From: Escherichia phage EK5
Direction: 5' to 3' (one strand)
DNA length: 64,000 bases
Sequence record: PQ805429.1
Made by a program: the position numbers and the translations under genes. The notes under the pieces were generated by a model. The model was given only the letters and a program-made list of their open reading frames with translations, was not told where the DNA came from and made no database searches. Shown here in pieces: positions 22,872-33,850 of the stretch; within the stretch, counting starts at the first letter, position 1; each line of letters begins with the position of its first letter.

Positions 22872-25652
22872 TCATTTAGAAGGCATCTCAACACGAAGGT
22901 CAATCCATCTTCCAGAAGGGATATCAATTGGTTCACCATCCACCACACCATCTATTACATTACTTGCAAAAGAAGGAACTCCCTCATGGGTTCGATGGTA
23001 AGTTTTCAGAGTAATATCACCTTCTTCATCAACTTCATAATCAACCCAAAGAAGAGGTAATCCGTTAGAGTTCTGAGGAATAGAAAAACCACCGTCATTA
23101 CCACCCCAAGAGGCATCAGAGTTAAACCCTAAGACTCCTGAGATTTTATAGACACCAACATCTAATCTTTCGGTTGTTGCTCCTTGGGCTTGGTCATTAA
23201 CTTCAGAAGACCCGTCAGATTTTAGTTTGACTATAGGCGATGCAATCTTAACAAAACCATTAACATCTACGGTAGTGTTCAAATCCCTTACTAAGAAGTC
23301 ACGCCAGTTTGTGATTAAAGAGGGGTCACTAGTCCTTTGTCTATAGCGAGGGGCTTCATATGTGATAGTAGAGAACCCTATTTGGGACCAGTTACCTCCA
23401 CGACCACCTTCAGCAATAGTCATTATCTCCGCATATGTGAAGGGTGCACCATTACCTCCCGGAAAAGGTGACGAGTCCCCGCTGTAGAATCCAATACCAG
23501 TTGGTAAATCATCACCACCGTAGTAGACTGAGGAACCGTACTGACAATGCATTGCCCCTAGTTTTTCAGAACCTTCGGCTGGAGTCTTCCCTCCTGTACC
23601 ACCACTTATTACCGGCAAAGCTATTCGAGAAGAGTCGGAGTTATTGAAATACCCCCAATCTGCATCTGTAATAAAGAAGGTATGTTCTCCAGAACCATCT
23701 AAGAGCTTAGTGTCAGTTGAACTCTGGATAAGTTTATCAACTTTCAGATTGACACGAGCAGCAGCTTCAGATATAGCTCCCGTACCACCTGACCCTATAG
23801 GGATTGGAGCTGTATTACCCTCTGTTGTTTGGTAGACAAAAGTGCCCTCATTACCAAGCATTAGCCGGTAATTTTTATTGGGGGATTGTATTGCAGTATA
23901 TCCGCTTATAGTTGAAATAGCACCAACACCAAGATTCTCCCTAGCTTCAGAAGCTGAAGTAGCTCCTGTACCACCCGATTCTATAGCAAAAGGTATAGTG
24001 TTTGAATCTGACTGGTTTATCAACTTAAAACTACCACTGTTTGCGAGCCGTATTTGTTTACTCCCATCTGGAGTACTCATAGAGCTGTAAAGATTATCAC
24101 CTTCCCCATTTATGGCATGAAATGTTTGTAAGTTTAAAGAAATTCTAGCATTACCTACATCACTGGCGCCTGTACCACCTTGGGCAACAGATAGAGGAGT
24201 AGTTAATCCGTTAAGAGAGGTGATATCTGAGTTTGCCCCGGATGCCGCTGCACCAACATTAGCAGCTGTGAGGACTACGTTACCATTAGCATCATCAGGA
24301 GCTTTTCCATTTACTGTTACAATGTAAGGAATCTGAGATTGAACACGCCCTTTGTAATTGGAATCCTTATCTGAGTCAGGAGAGCGGATAGCCTCACCAC
24401 CAGTCCAGTCGGGAAGTCGAATGCTAATAAAATTAGTAGAATCTGCATCAGTTATACCATCAGCCAGCTTACCCCAAGAGAAATATTGTCTAGCACCACC
24501 CTGCCACTCTGTCTCTGAGACAACAGGAAGCTGTCCACTAATAAGAGATGGGCCTAAATCTAGAGCAGACTCTTTTGATACCAAACGACCATCGGCAGGA
24601 AGAACTCCTGGGTAGGAGATATTCTTAGTTGGGTCATAAGGGAACATCACCATCTCACCAAGATACAGAGATGGGTTTCCTGTTGGAATGGTAATATCAA
24701 TGTTACCACTTGAGTCTGGAGAGCGAGAGTTAACAGTAAGGATTCTACCTTCAGTCTTAACAGGAGTTAATGTTTTGTTAGAAGCAACAGTATAAAATTC
24801 ATACTTAGTAGCTTCCCAAACTAAGACCTTCTCACCAACTTGGCGATATTGAGCGTCAGCATCAGCTTCTGCTTTAGATTGATATGTCTTGGTGGTTTTA
24901 TCAAACTTGTCATTAATCTCTTGACGACTGTACTGAGCAACGTTCAGAACATTTCCTAAACCTACCGTCTCTTTGTTAAGTGTTAGAGCAACCTCTCCAT
25001 CAAGAGCTGGACCGCCGTTAATAGAGACAGAACGAACAGATGGGATTAAGTTAGCAATGTTATCTAGAGTAGTTTTGTGGACGGTATTGTCATCTTTGTC
25101 AACATAGAAACCTAAATCACCTAGCTCTGGAACACCTGTAGGTGCTGTATCCAAATCCTTAACAGAACCATCTTTTCCGGGATCACCTTCTGGAATACCT
25201 AAAGAGATTACACCAGTGTTAGGATTAAAAGAGCCAGTAGCCGGAGTTCCCGGAGGGAGAGTTGTTACATCAACAGACATTCCTAACAGAACATCAAGCT
25301 GATTCTGGACTTCAATGAGTTTCTGGTTAATCAGGGCGACTGCGTTATTTGCATCAGATACTGCTGCATTAGTCTGAGCAATCAAGCTCATCAGACGAGC
25401 ATCTTGATCTTTAAAGTCCTGCTTAAGATCTTCAATATCTTGCTTCATCAGAACACCCTGTTGATACAGACGTTCTACTTCAGCGATCAAGTCATCAATT
25501 GTACCAAACTTAGATTCTGCTAACAGTGCCCAATATTTGGAGTCAGCTGCATATTCTGCTGCTTGCTTGTAAGCTCCGATAGAGCCTTCAGTAGCACCAA
25601 ACTGCCCAACGTTATTCACTGCATCAGGTGCTTGGTTATTATAAACGATCAT
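22872..25652 (-). CDS. Tail fibre protein (926 aa)
   Basis: N-terminal coiled coil, G/T/S-rich beta-repeat body; adjacent to tailspike. Confidence 0.6.
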   Translation of the reverse strand: MIVYNNQAPDAVNNVGQFGATEGSIGAYKQAAEYAADSKYWALLAESKFGTIDDLIAEVERLYQQGVLMKQDIEDLKQDFKDQDARLMSLIAQTNAAVSDANNAVALINQKLIEVQNQLDVLLGMSVDVTTLPPGTPATGSFNPNTGVISLGIPEGDPGKDGSVKDLDTAPTGVPELGDLGFYVDKDDNTVHKTTLDNIANLIPSVRSVSINGGPALDGEVALTLNKETVGLGNVLNVAQYSRQEINDKFDKTTKTYQSKAEADADAQYRQVGEKVLVWEATKYEFYTVASNKTLTPVKTEGRILTVNSRSPDSSGNIDITIPTGNPSLYLGEMVMFPYDPTKNISYPGVLPADGRLVSKESALDLGPSLISGQLPVVSETEWQGGARQYFSWGKLADGITDADSTNFISIRLPDWTGGEAIRSPDSDKDSNYKGRVQSQIPYIVTVNGKAPDDANGNVVLTAANVGAAASGANSDITSLNGLTTPLSVAQGGTGASDVGNARISLNLQTFHAINGEGDNLYSSMSTPDGSKQIRLANSGSFKLINQSDSNTIPFAIESGGTGATSASEARENLGVGAISTISGYTAIQSPNKNYRLMLGNEGTFVYQTTEGNTAPIPIGSGGTGAISEAAARVNLKVDKLIQSSTDTKLLDGSGEHTFFITDADWGYFNNSDSSRIALPVISGGTGGKTPAEGSEKLGAMHCQYGSSVYYGGDDLPTGIGFYSGDSSPFPGGNGAPFTYAEIMTIAEGGRGGNWSQIGFSTITYEAPRYRQRTSDPSLITNWRDFLVRDLNTTVDVNGFVKIASPIVKLKSDGSSEVNDQAQGATTERLDVGVYKISGVLGFNSDASWGGNDGGFSIPQNSNGLPLLWVDYEVDEEGDITLKTYHRTHEGVPSFASNVIDGVVDGEPIDIPSGRWIDLRVEMPSK

Positions 25653-25661
25653 ATTATCTCC

Positions 25662-26414
25662 TTATACACGAGAAGTACGAATACCATAAATATCAGGCAA
25701 GCTGCTCTGAAGTCGAGTCATGTTATTCGGAATTGCGATAGGTGAACCTGAGTACTCTTGTTTCTTATTCTGTTCTACCATTTCATCAAGGATAGCTTTT
25801 CCTAATGCTGACCATTTCTGAACACCATTATCATCTTGAACAAAGAGACAAGCATGACGTAGGGTGAAGTACAGAAGAAGTTCTGGTGCTATAGTAAGAA
25901 TAGTACTAGTATCTGTATCTTCATGGAATTCCGGTGGGTCTGCATAATAGCTAAGAATCACTGAGTTTTCTGCTGGAATCAAAGGGCTTCCATCATCAGG
26001 GTAGTACGGAGTATCTGCTTCGATGCTAGGGTAGAAAATGAAACGACTACCGAAACGAGCAAAGTTGACAGGTTGGTTATTCCAGTGAGATGGGTTAATT
26101 GTTCCATGCTGTCTACGATAGCTAATCTCTTCAGGAGAGGTTACTTGGAAGATTGTGCCATCTTTGGCTCTCATCATCCATTGAGCTTCTAAGTAATCAG
26201 GAGGAATGTAAGCTACTCCATCTTTAATATCTAAATACACTTCTTTTTCCAGAGGAGGAATACGTAAGTTACGATAAATCTCTTTCTCTGCAAAGTTAAT
26301 AAAGTTTGGAATTTGATTAACAAATTCGTCATCGTCCCTATCTGCCCAGAGGGCCACGGCCTTCTTTAGCCACCCATAGGTATTGATGGGGTATTGAACA
26401 TCTGGCATTGCCAT
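25662..26414 (-). CDS. Virion structural protein (possible adaptor or tail tubular component)
   Basis: Position between capsid and tail-fibre genes; SD AGGAGG; terminator and TAATGTATA motif upstream. Confidence 0.4.
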   Translation of the reverse strand: MAMPDVQYPINTYGWLKKAVALWADRDDDEFVNQIPNFINFAEKEIYRNLRIPPLEKEVYLDIKDGVAYIPPDYLEAQWMMRAKDGTIFQVTSPEEISYRRQHGTINPSHWNNQPVNFARFGSRFIFYPSIEADTPYYPDDGSPLIPAENSVILSYYADPPEFHEDTDTSTILTIAPELLLYFTLRHACLFVQDDNGVQKWSALGKAILDEMVEQNKKQEYSGSPIAIPNNMTRLQSSLPDIYGIRTSRV

Positions 26415-26515
26415 AGGTTGTCCTCCTTGTTATATGTAGACAAAGAATATACATTACACACTGGCTTGTATAGGTCTTAAAACGAAAAAACCCCGCCCGA
26501 AGGCAGGGTCTAGTT

Positions 26516-27028
26516 TTAAGCAGGTGTTACACCAGTAAAAGTGCATGTTGCATTGATGGATGGGTCAGCTGTCAAACTTGCTTGAACAGTAACTTCGCCA
26601 CTTGCAGCAGCATCTAAGGTTAACGCACCAGCGGCGCTTACTGTACCGGCTTCTGTAGGAGTTACAACAAACGTGTAATCCGCAGCAGCAGAGTTAGTTA
26701 CAGTAAACATGGTAGTGAAATTAGTGGAGGAACCACCAGTTTTACCCGTAATTGGACCCTTAGCTACAATAGTAGGAGCAGGAGCAACAATTTCAGAAAT
26801 GGTTGCTGTACCAGAAACACCTTCTAAAGTTGCAGTAATGGATACATCAGTGGATTGAGACGCACTCGGAGCAGTATACAAACCCGACTGAGTGATAGAA
26901 CCACCTCCTGTCACTGACCAAGTAAAGCCAGTTGTTTCGGTAGAACCATCACTTTTCTCCGCGCTTGCAGTGAACTGCCGAGTAGCCCCTGTCTCTAGAC
27001 TTGCTAAAGACGCAGGGCTAACAGTCAC
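26516..27028 (-). CDS. Ig-like domain ORF, probable -1 frameshift extension of the major capsid protein
   Basis: Big_2-like T/S/A/G-rich sequence; no SD before its GTG; the frame is open across the capsid 3' end and is the -1 frame relative to it. Confidence 0.55.
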   Translation of the reverse strand: MTVSPASLASLETGATRQFTASAEKSDGSTETTGFTWSVTGGGSITQSGLYTAPSASQSTDVSITATLEGVSGTATISEIVAPAPTIVAKGPITGKTGGSSTNFTTMFTVTNSAAADYTFVVTPTEAGTVSAAGALTLDAAASGEVTVQASLTADPSINATCTFTGVTPA

Positions 27029-27039
27029 ACTGTCTACTG

Positions 27040-28098
27040 TTACGCCGCCACCTTTCCCGCAGCAGTGAACAGAACGCCAGAAGCATACGGGTTGCGGTGA
27101 CGCAGACCAACTTCCATTTCAATCATCCACTTCTCGTAAGAACCATCTTTAGCCAGTTCAGTACGTTTCGGAGCACGCAGAACCATCTGAGTCCAGTCAG
27201 CGCTACGGAAGAAGTAAACTGCATCGGTAGGCATCCAACGGTTAACGATGATTTTGTAGCTCTGGCCCAGCGGGTCAGTGATGCTGTTAACTTCGTAGAT
27301 GAACTGCTTGGTGTTCTCAAAGATACGCTTACGTGAACCCTGAGTATTTTCTTGCAGACCAGCAAAGATCTTAGCATGAGCCGGGTTAATCATGATGATA
27401 TCTGCTTCAGAACCAGCGGTATACAGTTGCAGAGTCATATCAAAGATATCAGCTTCGTCGAAACCAATGTTAGTGGTCGGGTTAGAAGCATTCTGTGCAA
27501 CTTTAACAGTTACTGCACCAGTGTCCGGGTCAGCAGGACCATTCTTGGTCTTGTCAACAACGCCACCAGCCAGACCACCGTGAGCACACAGGAACTGGAA
27601 TGCACCAGTCTTACGAGCTGCATGGGTGTCATTCAGACCAACAACAGCAGGATCAGTTGCAGAGTTAGTCAGATACTGGTCAGCCAGAACGTCGGTACGA
27701 GCCTGACCGGACAGAAGGATTTTCTCGAGGTCACGCTTGATCTCTTTACCTTTCTTCTCCAGCTGATACATCAGTTCACGACCACGACCGTAGTTAGCGG
27801 TGGTGTTAGCAGTATCAGAAACACGAACAACCTTACGCAGAATCTGAGTAACGTTAGATTTGATAACAGTCGGTTTCATTTCACCGTCTTCAGCACGAGA
27901 GCCTTCGACGTGTGCGTTATTACCGTCAACGCTTGCCAGTGCATCGGTCTGCCAGCTAAAGATAGTCTGGTTGATAGACTCTTTACCGGTCATAGATACG
28001 AACGGGGTATCCTGAGGGGACAGAACAGAAATCCAGTTAGCAAAAGAAAGTTTTTTACCATTCTGGTCATACGATACAAATAAAGTTGGATTAGCCAT
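27040..28098 (-). CDS. Major capsid protein
   Basis: Follows the acidic scaffold gene; strong SD AGGAG; 352 aa. Confidence 0.7.
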   Translation of the reverse strand: MANPTLFVSYDQNGKKLSFANWISVLSPQDTPFVSMTGKESINQTIFSWQTDALASVDGNNAHVEGSRAEDGEMKPTVIKSNVTQILRKVVRVSDTANTTANYGRGRELMYQLEKKGKEIKRDLEKILLSGQARTDVLADQYLTNSATDPAVVGLNDTHAARKTGAFQFLCAHGGLAGGVVDKTKNGPADPDTGAVTVKVAQNASNPTTNIGFDEADIFDMTLQLYTAGSEADIIMINPAHAKIFAGLQENTQGSRKRIFENTKQFIYEVNSITDPLGQSYKIIVNRWMPTDAVYFFRSADWTQMVLRAPKRTELAKDGSYEKWMIEMEVGLRHRNPYASGVLFTAAGKVAA

Positions 28099-28138
28099 GT
28101 TATGTTAGCTCCTATACTATTAATAATTAATTTGTCGA

Positions 28139-29215
28139 TTAATCTACGAGGAATTTGAATGCGTCTTCGTGACTAACGCGACCCTCTGCGAATGCCTTGG
28201 CAACCTTAGCGTTGTCGGGCTTATTGGAAGTGCGAGACTTTGCAGCATCAGACTTCACAACCTTGCGTGGAGCACCGGGACGTTTAATCTTAGCCATCAC
28301 CTGTTGCTTACCTTTATCAAATTGGTATGCTTTGTGGAGAGCTAGGAAAATAGACGGACGGTTTTCCTTCAATACTTCTTCTTCAGTAGCACCTAAGTCA
28401 ATTGCGTATTGCATTAAGTTTTGATATAAGTTTTCATCCCAATTTGGAATCTCACGTTTCAGAATATTAACACATTCAATACTCTTGGCTTGGAAAGCTT
28501 CCTGCTCTTTAGCTGCTGCTTCCTGCTTAATACGGACCTGAGCCTGTTCAAGCTGTTGACGGCGAGCTGTGTACTTCTCTAGGAAACGTTTGTTTTCAAC
28601 ATATGCTTGAGGATCTTCTACTGCAAGCTTGTCCCAATCAAAACCGTTATAATCTTCAATTACTCGGTCTGCTTCTAAAGACGCTAGTTCTAATACATCC
28701 TTCAAACCTACTACACGTTCCTCGAATGCTTCCATATGACGCTGAAGAGTTGATTCTCGTTCTGTCATATCAGCACCAGTAAGATAGCCATTAGAAAGTT
28801 CTTCAATAGTCATCTCACGTCCATCAGGAAGGGTGATAACGGTTTCGTAGTCTACATCAAAGACTTCACCTTCACCGTCAGCAGAATCATCTTCATACTC
28901 TGCATCGCTTGAATCTTCTTCCTCTTGTTCTTCTGCTTCAGAGGATTCGTCTTCATCTTCTTCGACTTCGCCTTCCTCTTCACGATCTTCCCAACCATCT
29001 TCATCTTCGAACTTAAGCTCATCGCTTTCACCGAGAAGGTCGGTATCAAAGTCGAAATCGTCACCGTCTTTTTCCGGGAACTCATCGTCAATGTCCACTT
29101 CTGGTTCTTGTTCAGATTCTAATCGACCGAGTTCTTCTTTGAAAGAACCTTTCAGGTCATCCAGTTGGAGGAAAGATTTAAAATCGTTCGGGTCAATATA
29201 ATTATCTTGTGGCAT
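28139..29215 (-). CDS. Scaffolding protein
   Basis: Extremely acidic D/E-rich N-terminal half and helical C-terminal half, between portal and capsid genes. Confidence 0.55.
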   Translation of the reverse strand: MPQDNYIDPNDFKSFLQLDDLKGSFKEELGRLESEQEPEVDIDDEFPEKDGDDFDFDTDLLGESDELKFEDEDGWEDREEEGEVEEDEDESSEAEEQEEEDSSDAEYEDDSADGEGEVFDVDYETVITLPDGREMTIEELSNGYLTGADMTERESTLQRHMEAFEERVVGLKDVLELASLEADRVIEDYNGFDWDKLAVEDPQAYVENKRFLEKYTARRQQLEQAQVRIKQEAAAKEQEAFQAKSIECVNILKREIPNWDENLYQNLMQYAIDLGATEEEVLKENRPSIFLALHKAYQFDKGKQQVMAKIKRPGAPRKVVKSDAAKSRTSNKPDNAKVAKAFAEGRVSHEDAFKFLVD

Positions 29216-29451
29216 TATGAAACATCTCCTGCACTATTGATAGCAGCTTTTATGACCTCTTTTAAGCTACCCACCATTTTATACTTTTGATAACAATCTT
29301 CGCGTTTCTTATTCTCATGAGGTTCAGTTTGAACTATCTCTGTCATGAGTCTTTCTTTCAATGCCTCTAATGCTGCGTCAAGACTGCCGTTAAGATTGAG
29401 AGCCGCCAAAGCGGCGGCGTGCTCTTTATTGAATTGATGCCTAATGTTCAT
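29215..29451 (-). CDS. Hypothetical protein (78 aa)
   Basis: Small ORF between portal and scaffold genes. Confidence 0.35.
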   Translation of the reverse strand: MNIRHQFNKEHAAALAALNLNGSLDAALEALKERLMTEIVQTEPHENKKREDCYQKYKMVGSLKEVIKAAINSAGDVS

Positions 29452-29460
29452 TCGACGTCC

Positions 29461-31704
29461 TTACTTTTTACTTCCAAGACGTTTGCCTGGAATCCGTGAA
29501 TCTTTGAGAGAAGCTTGTTGCTCTTTCTTAGTTACATTAGCTTCTTTCTTTTGGAGTTCCAAAGTTTTGTCCTGAACACGAGCTTGCTGAACAATCTTCT
29601 CTTGGTCTACCTGATGAGACATAACCATCTGCAATTCTTTCAGTACAGATTCATACTGACGGACCTGCTGTTGCATAAGAGCTAACTTGTGCTTAGCTTG
29701 TTCCAGAGTTGCATTGTTATCCTCTTTACGGTTTTCCAGAGTCATAGCATCTGCTGCATTTTCTTGCTTGAACTGCAACTCTTCCTGACGCAGACTTAAC
29801 TCATCCGCAGCTTTCTGCTGTTCGAATGTAGTACGTTCACGTTGGTCGAATGCATCAGCAATCATCTTCTGAGAGGAAGCCTGTACGTTCTCAACCTGAG
29901 CTTTAGTCATCTCGAGCTGGAGGATTTCCATCGGAGAAGGTTCTGGAGGCTGATACTGTTCCAGAGGCAGAAGGTATTTATGAGTATCTTTAATACCCAT
30001 CAACTCAAAGATTTGTGCAGTCATGTAACGGTCTTGCTCCAAACCAAAGAGAGGCGCTAACTGTGCATCTGCTGCAATCAGCTGTTTCAAGCTAATCAGT
30101 TTCTGTGCACGTTCTGCTTTCTCGTTAGGAGAGATAGCTACAACAACTTGGAGGTTGTGACGAGCTGGTAATTGTTTTGGATTTACCTGAATCATACCAC
30201 GAGGGGTTTGTACCTCGATAGGAACTTCACCATTTTCTCTGATAAGGTTGTAAATACCACGCATCAATTCAACCATACCATTGTGAGCAATGTTACGACA
30301 TACCATACGGAGACGGTTCTGTGCAGCATTCATCATCAAGCCTACGGTTGCATAAGCGTTATCATTCTTAAACACATCAGGGTTGATACCCATGCCTAGT
30401 TTGGTTACACCGGTACGTGTCTCTTTAAGCTCCTCAGACATGCCTAGAAGGCCGTCAATACCTTGAGGTAGGTTATGGTATGGGAACAGGTCAATAGCGT
30501 CCTGACGTTCCATTTCAACCACTCCACCGGGACGGTTATCAAGCAGAGAGCGACGGTCGTATGCACCAACAAGAGCTTTGTATCGACCATAGTTAGCATT
30601 GTTGACGTTATCAATATAACCACGAACTAACGCGGTACGTAAATCTTGAATATCTTTCGTAATGTCATAGACCGATTGACCATAGAAGGAACCCGGAATC
30701 GGATACGGACAGAAGGTTACAAACGGAATGTGAGTTACTTCTTCAGTGTGAAGGATATGCTCACCAGCTTGGATAACCTGATAGAGTTTAGACTCTTTAT
30801 TCTTATCTAGAACACCAGTACGAATGTAGTGCTCGTAAACCCAAACCATAGAAGCGATATCTTCGGTATCTGTACCAATATCAGCATCAATGTCCTGACG
30901 CCAGTCAGTACGAGACCAAGCAACTGTAGATTGAGTGGTGTCCATCGTATCTGTCCAGTCGTTGAATGCTTCAATCTCATCTTTAGGGAAGCCCATAGCA
31001 ACCAGATCTTCTTTAGAACGACGTACACGATGACAGAAGTATTGTGCATCTGCAAAAGAGGTAGCATGTTCGTCAACAAAGATTTGCTCTGAAGGAACAT
31101 ATTCAACTTTCACACGTTTAACAGTTTGTTCATAAGTAACTTTAACATCTACTGTACCATCTTCATTTTCTTCAGTGAAGATTTCCAGATTCTTGAGTCC
31201 ACCAGCTTCTAATCCCTGAACATATGCAGCCAATGCTTCCGGTGGTACACCTTCAGCTTCTTCAGTTTGAGTAGAAGTTTGTTCATCCCAATAATACTTG
31301 ATAAAAGAGTTACGAGTAACCAGACATTCTTGTGCAGCAGAAGAGATAATATTGTATCCCGGATTGTCACGCAGAAGAATTTGGTTAACCAATTTAGTTG
31401 CTACATCAGCAGCATCAGAATCCTGTTGGTTGTCAGCTACGAAAGTAACTGCTTCATCACCAGAACAGAATACGTTAATAATATCTTGCAATGTACCGTT
31501 AACAGATTCCCAAACAGTACGATCTACCCAACTAGAGCTGCCAGCAGTTACTGGTGCAGGTAAGTTACCATAGAAATATTCCCAAGCTTCACGAGCATAA
31601 CCCTTAACAGCCATGTCCACGTAGCCTTGAGCGTAATTAAAACGACGTTGAAGGTCAACACGTAACTCGTCCAACACCTCTTCACTATATTTTTGCTTAG
31701 CCAT
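29461..31704 (-). CDS. Portal protein
   Basis: 747 aa directly downstream of large terminase; helical K/E-rich C-terminal tail. Confidence 0.7.
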   Translation of the reverse strand: MAKQKYSEEVLDELRVDLQRRFNYAQGYVDMAVKGYAREAWEYFYGNLPAPVTAGSSSWVDRTVWESVNGTLQDIINVFCSGDEAVTFVADNQQDSDAADVATKLVNQILLRDNPGYNIISSAAQECLVTRNSFIKYYWDEQTSTQTEEAEGVPPEALAAYVQGLEAGGLKNLEIFTEENEDGTVDVKVTYEQTVKRVKVEYVPSEQIFVDEHATSFADAQYFCHRVRRSKEDLVAMGFPKDEIEAFNDWTDTMDTTQSTVAWSRTDWRQDIDADIGTDTEDIASMVWVYEHYIRTGVLDKNKESKLYQVIQAGEHILHTEEVTHIPFVTFCPYPIPGSFYGQSVYDITKDIQDLRTALVRGYIDNVNNANYGRYKALVGAYDRRSLLDNRPGGVVEMERQDAIDLFPYHNLPQGIDGLLGMSEELKETRTGVTKLGMGINPDVFKNDNAYATVGLMMNAAQNRLRMVCRNIAHNGMVELMRGIYNLIRENGEVPIEVQTPRGMIQVNPKQLPARHNLQVVVAISPNEKAERAQKLISLKQLIAADAQLAPLFGLEQDRYMTAQIFELMGIKDTHKYLLPLEQYQPPEPSPMEILQLEMTKAQVENVQASSQKMIADAFDQRERTTFEQQKAADELSLRQEELQFKQENAADAMTLENRKEDNNATLEQAKHKLALMQQQVRQYESVLKELQMVMSHQVDQEKIVQQARVQDKTLELQKKEANVTKKEQQASLKDSRIPGKRLGSKK

Positions 31705-31765
31705 CTATTCTCTCCCTCGGTTGATAGCTTAAATAAAAGAAGGGAGGACAAACCTCCCCCTTACT

Positions 31766-33307
31766 TTAGTAGCTCTGATTCCATCTGCTTACGTTTGCCT
31801 CATACAGAGAAGCACTTCCGTAGCTAACGTCATGCTTAGAGCGACCACGATGTGTAACAGAGCACGCTGAATAGCGCATTGCATCCATTAAGTCATCATG
31901 TTCTTTAATAATCTTACCAACCTTACGGTGATATCTAGCTTTCTCTTCGAATAGCTTAGCGTTAGCGGCTGTGTTAAAGACTTTAAAGCGTCCACTCATC
32001 ATTCTTTCTCGGATATCTGTGATTCCCGGTTCTACAAAGAAGTTCTTTTTACCATCCATTCCAATTTTGTTGTAGAAGGTCTCACTCTGTACGTTAACTC
32101 CTGCATTCTTATAGAATTGAGCAACAGATGAACCACTACCTTTCTCAATATTGTCCGCATCGTGCGGTAGGATGACAGGAATCCACTGACCACGACCATT
32201 AATAGCTGGAGCATGATACACTGGAGTAAAGCCACCTTCTTTATATGAGTCGTAAACATAGATAGTATCCGTGTTTGCGTCGTAAGCTGTCCAAACAGCA
32301 GCAGTTGGGTGATCAATACCAATATCAATTGCACAGACACGTTTCCACGTATCAGGAATTTCGAATGGTTCACATTTAATTGTGTCATCCGATACATCAT
32401 ATATCAAACCACTTCCTAACAATGGCATACCTTTCGAACGCATCTCTAACTGCCACGCTGGAATACCTTCAGTCATATCTTTTATATCTTGGTCAGTGAT
32501 ATGTCCACCTAGGTCTGCATGAGCATCCCACCAAGAAGCATTCTGGAAATATAGAGAACCTGTGTTCTCATCCCCTTCACCTTTCATAAATTTATCTACC
32601 AGTTCAGTTAAACCGTTCTCTGGTGTAGCTGTAATTGTAACTAGACCTTTAGTTGTGAGTGTACGTGTGACGCACTGTGCGAATATAGCCATAGACTCGT
32701 ATGGATCTTCTTCGTCTAACCAAATGTAGTCAACTGTTGCACCCATCAATGTGTGTTCACCCTGTTGGGTTGAACGGAATTCTAATGTACTTAAACCGTC
32801 AAACTCTCCTCTTTCATTTTGATGTTTGATTTGTACGATTTGAAGTTTGTTACCATCTCGTTCTATCGTGTCAATGACGATAGCATCACGAGGAATGACA
32901 CCTGTCCCCAATAAATTTGTATCCTTTCCGATAGGTGTACCAAACAATTCCTTTTGCAATACTTTCCTTGTGGAATCCCCTGTAATACCAACTGCCCATG
33001 CTAAGATAGGTCTTTTAAATTTATATCCTGTCCACCAAGTTGGGTAGCGACCTGTGACATGACAAGCAAACTCGTATGCCTCGCTATAAGATTTACCAAC
33101 ACGGTTCGCTGCACACAAGAATCTAAAGCGATGCTTCAATCCTGCTGCATAAAATTTCTTTTGGAAGTCATACGCCTTGAAAGACAAAATCTTATTATAC
33201 TTCCTCCATTGGTCGCGCTCTTTCAACATATTCAATAGTGCTTTCTTTTCCTCTACACTAAGATTGTTACCAGTTAGAGCTTCATAAATTTGTTTATCTA
33301 ATGACAT
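31766..33307 (-). CDS. Terminase large subunit
   Basis: Walker-A-like CAANRVGKS and C-terminal nuclease motif CAIDIGIDHPTAAVW. Confidence 0.85.
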   Translation of the reverse strand: MSLDKQIYEALTGNNLSVEEKKALLNMLKERDQWRKYNKILSFKAYDFQKKFYAAGLKHRFRFLCAANRVGKSYSEAYEFACHVTGRYPTWWTGYKFKRPILAWAVGITGDSTRKVLQKELFGTPIGKDTNLLGTGVIPRDAIVIDTIERDGNKLQIVQIKHQNERGEFDGLSTLEFRSTQQGEHTLMGATVDYIWLDEEDPYESMAIFAQCVTRTLTTKGLVTITATPENGLTELVDKFMKGEGDENTGSLYFQNASWWDAHADLGGHITDQDIKDMTEGIPAWQLEMRSKGMPLLGSGLIYDVSDDTIKCEPFEIPDTWKRVCAIDIGIDHPTAAVWTAYDANTDTIYVYDSYKEGGFTPVYHAPAINGRGQWIPVILPHDADNIEKGSGSSVAQFYKNAGVNVQSETFYNKIGMDGKKNFFVEPGITDIRERMMSGRFKVFNTAANAKLFEEKARYHRKVGKIIKEHDDLMDAMRYSACSVTHRGRSKHDVSYGSASLYEANVSRWNQSY

Positions 33308-33376
33308 ACTTCCTCCAGTTTAAAAATAGAAAAGGGAAAGTCCCTTCGTCAAAGAACCTCCCCTTCTTTCCTTTAC

Positions 33377-33850
33377 TTAACTCTCGTCCGCTTCCTCCCC
33401 CTTTTCAGCGTCCTCAGAGTTGTCTTCTTCTGGAGGCATAACGTCGATACCAAGTGCTCCAGTCAAGAAGTCCTTGATTTGTGCATTCAATGATTCTTCG
33501 TTGATTACATTCTCTTCCTCAATCTTAACTTCAACAGAGGCCGCCTTAGGATATACCAGATCTGCAACTTTTGATGCAGCCTTGAATCTAAGATCAGGTG
33601 GAATATTAGGATCTTCGTAAATTTGAATTAACACTTCATCAGGAGACAAATGACTTGCAGCAACACGGTCCAACATTAATTGTGTCAGTTTACCTCTACT
33701 ACCTCTGGGTCGTCCGAATTTATTTCCCTTTTGAAACTTCCCATTGCTTGGGTTCATACCACGGCTTTCGAGTTCTTCCGTTACTCCGGGTAATCTTCCT
33801 GTAATCTCAGCTACCTGTGCAGGCGTGAGTTCTCCGTTTTCTCCAAACAT
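33377..33850 (-). CDS. Putative terminase small subunit
   Basis: Upstream of large terminase; N-terminal HTH-like LTPAQVAEITG; acidic C-terminus. Confidence 0.45.
   Translation of the reverse strand: MFGENGELTPAQVAEITGRLPGVTEELESRGMNPSNGKFQKGNKFGRPRGSRGKLTQLMLDRVAASHLSPDEVLIQIYEDPNIPPDLRFKAASKVADLVYPKAASVEVKIEEENVINEESLNAQIKDFLTGALGIDVMPPEEDNSEDAEKGEEADES

Noticed and set aside
27097-28083. Plus-strand ORFs 27097..27336, 27352..28083 and 27392..27583 opposite the capsid gene
   Set aside because: Antisense to the best-supported highly expressed gene, no SD, implausible composition.
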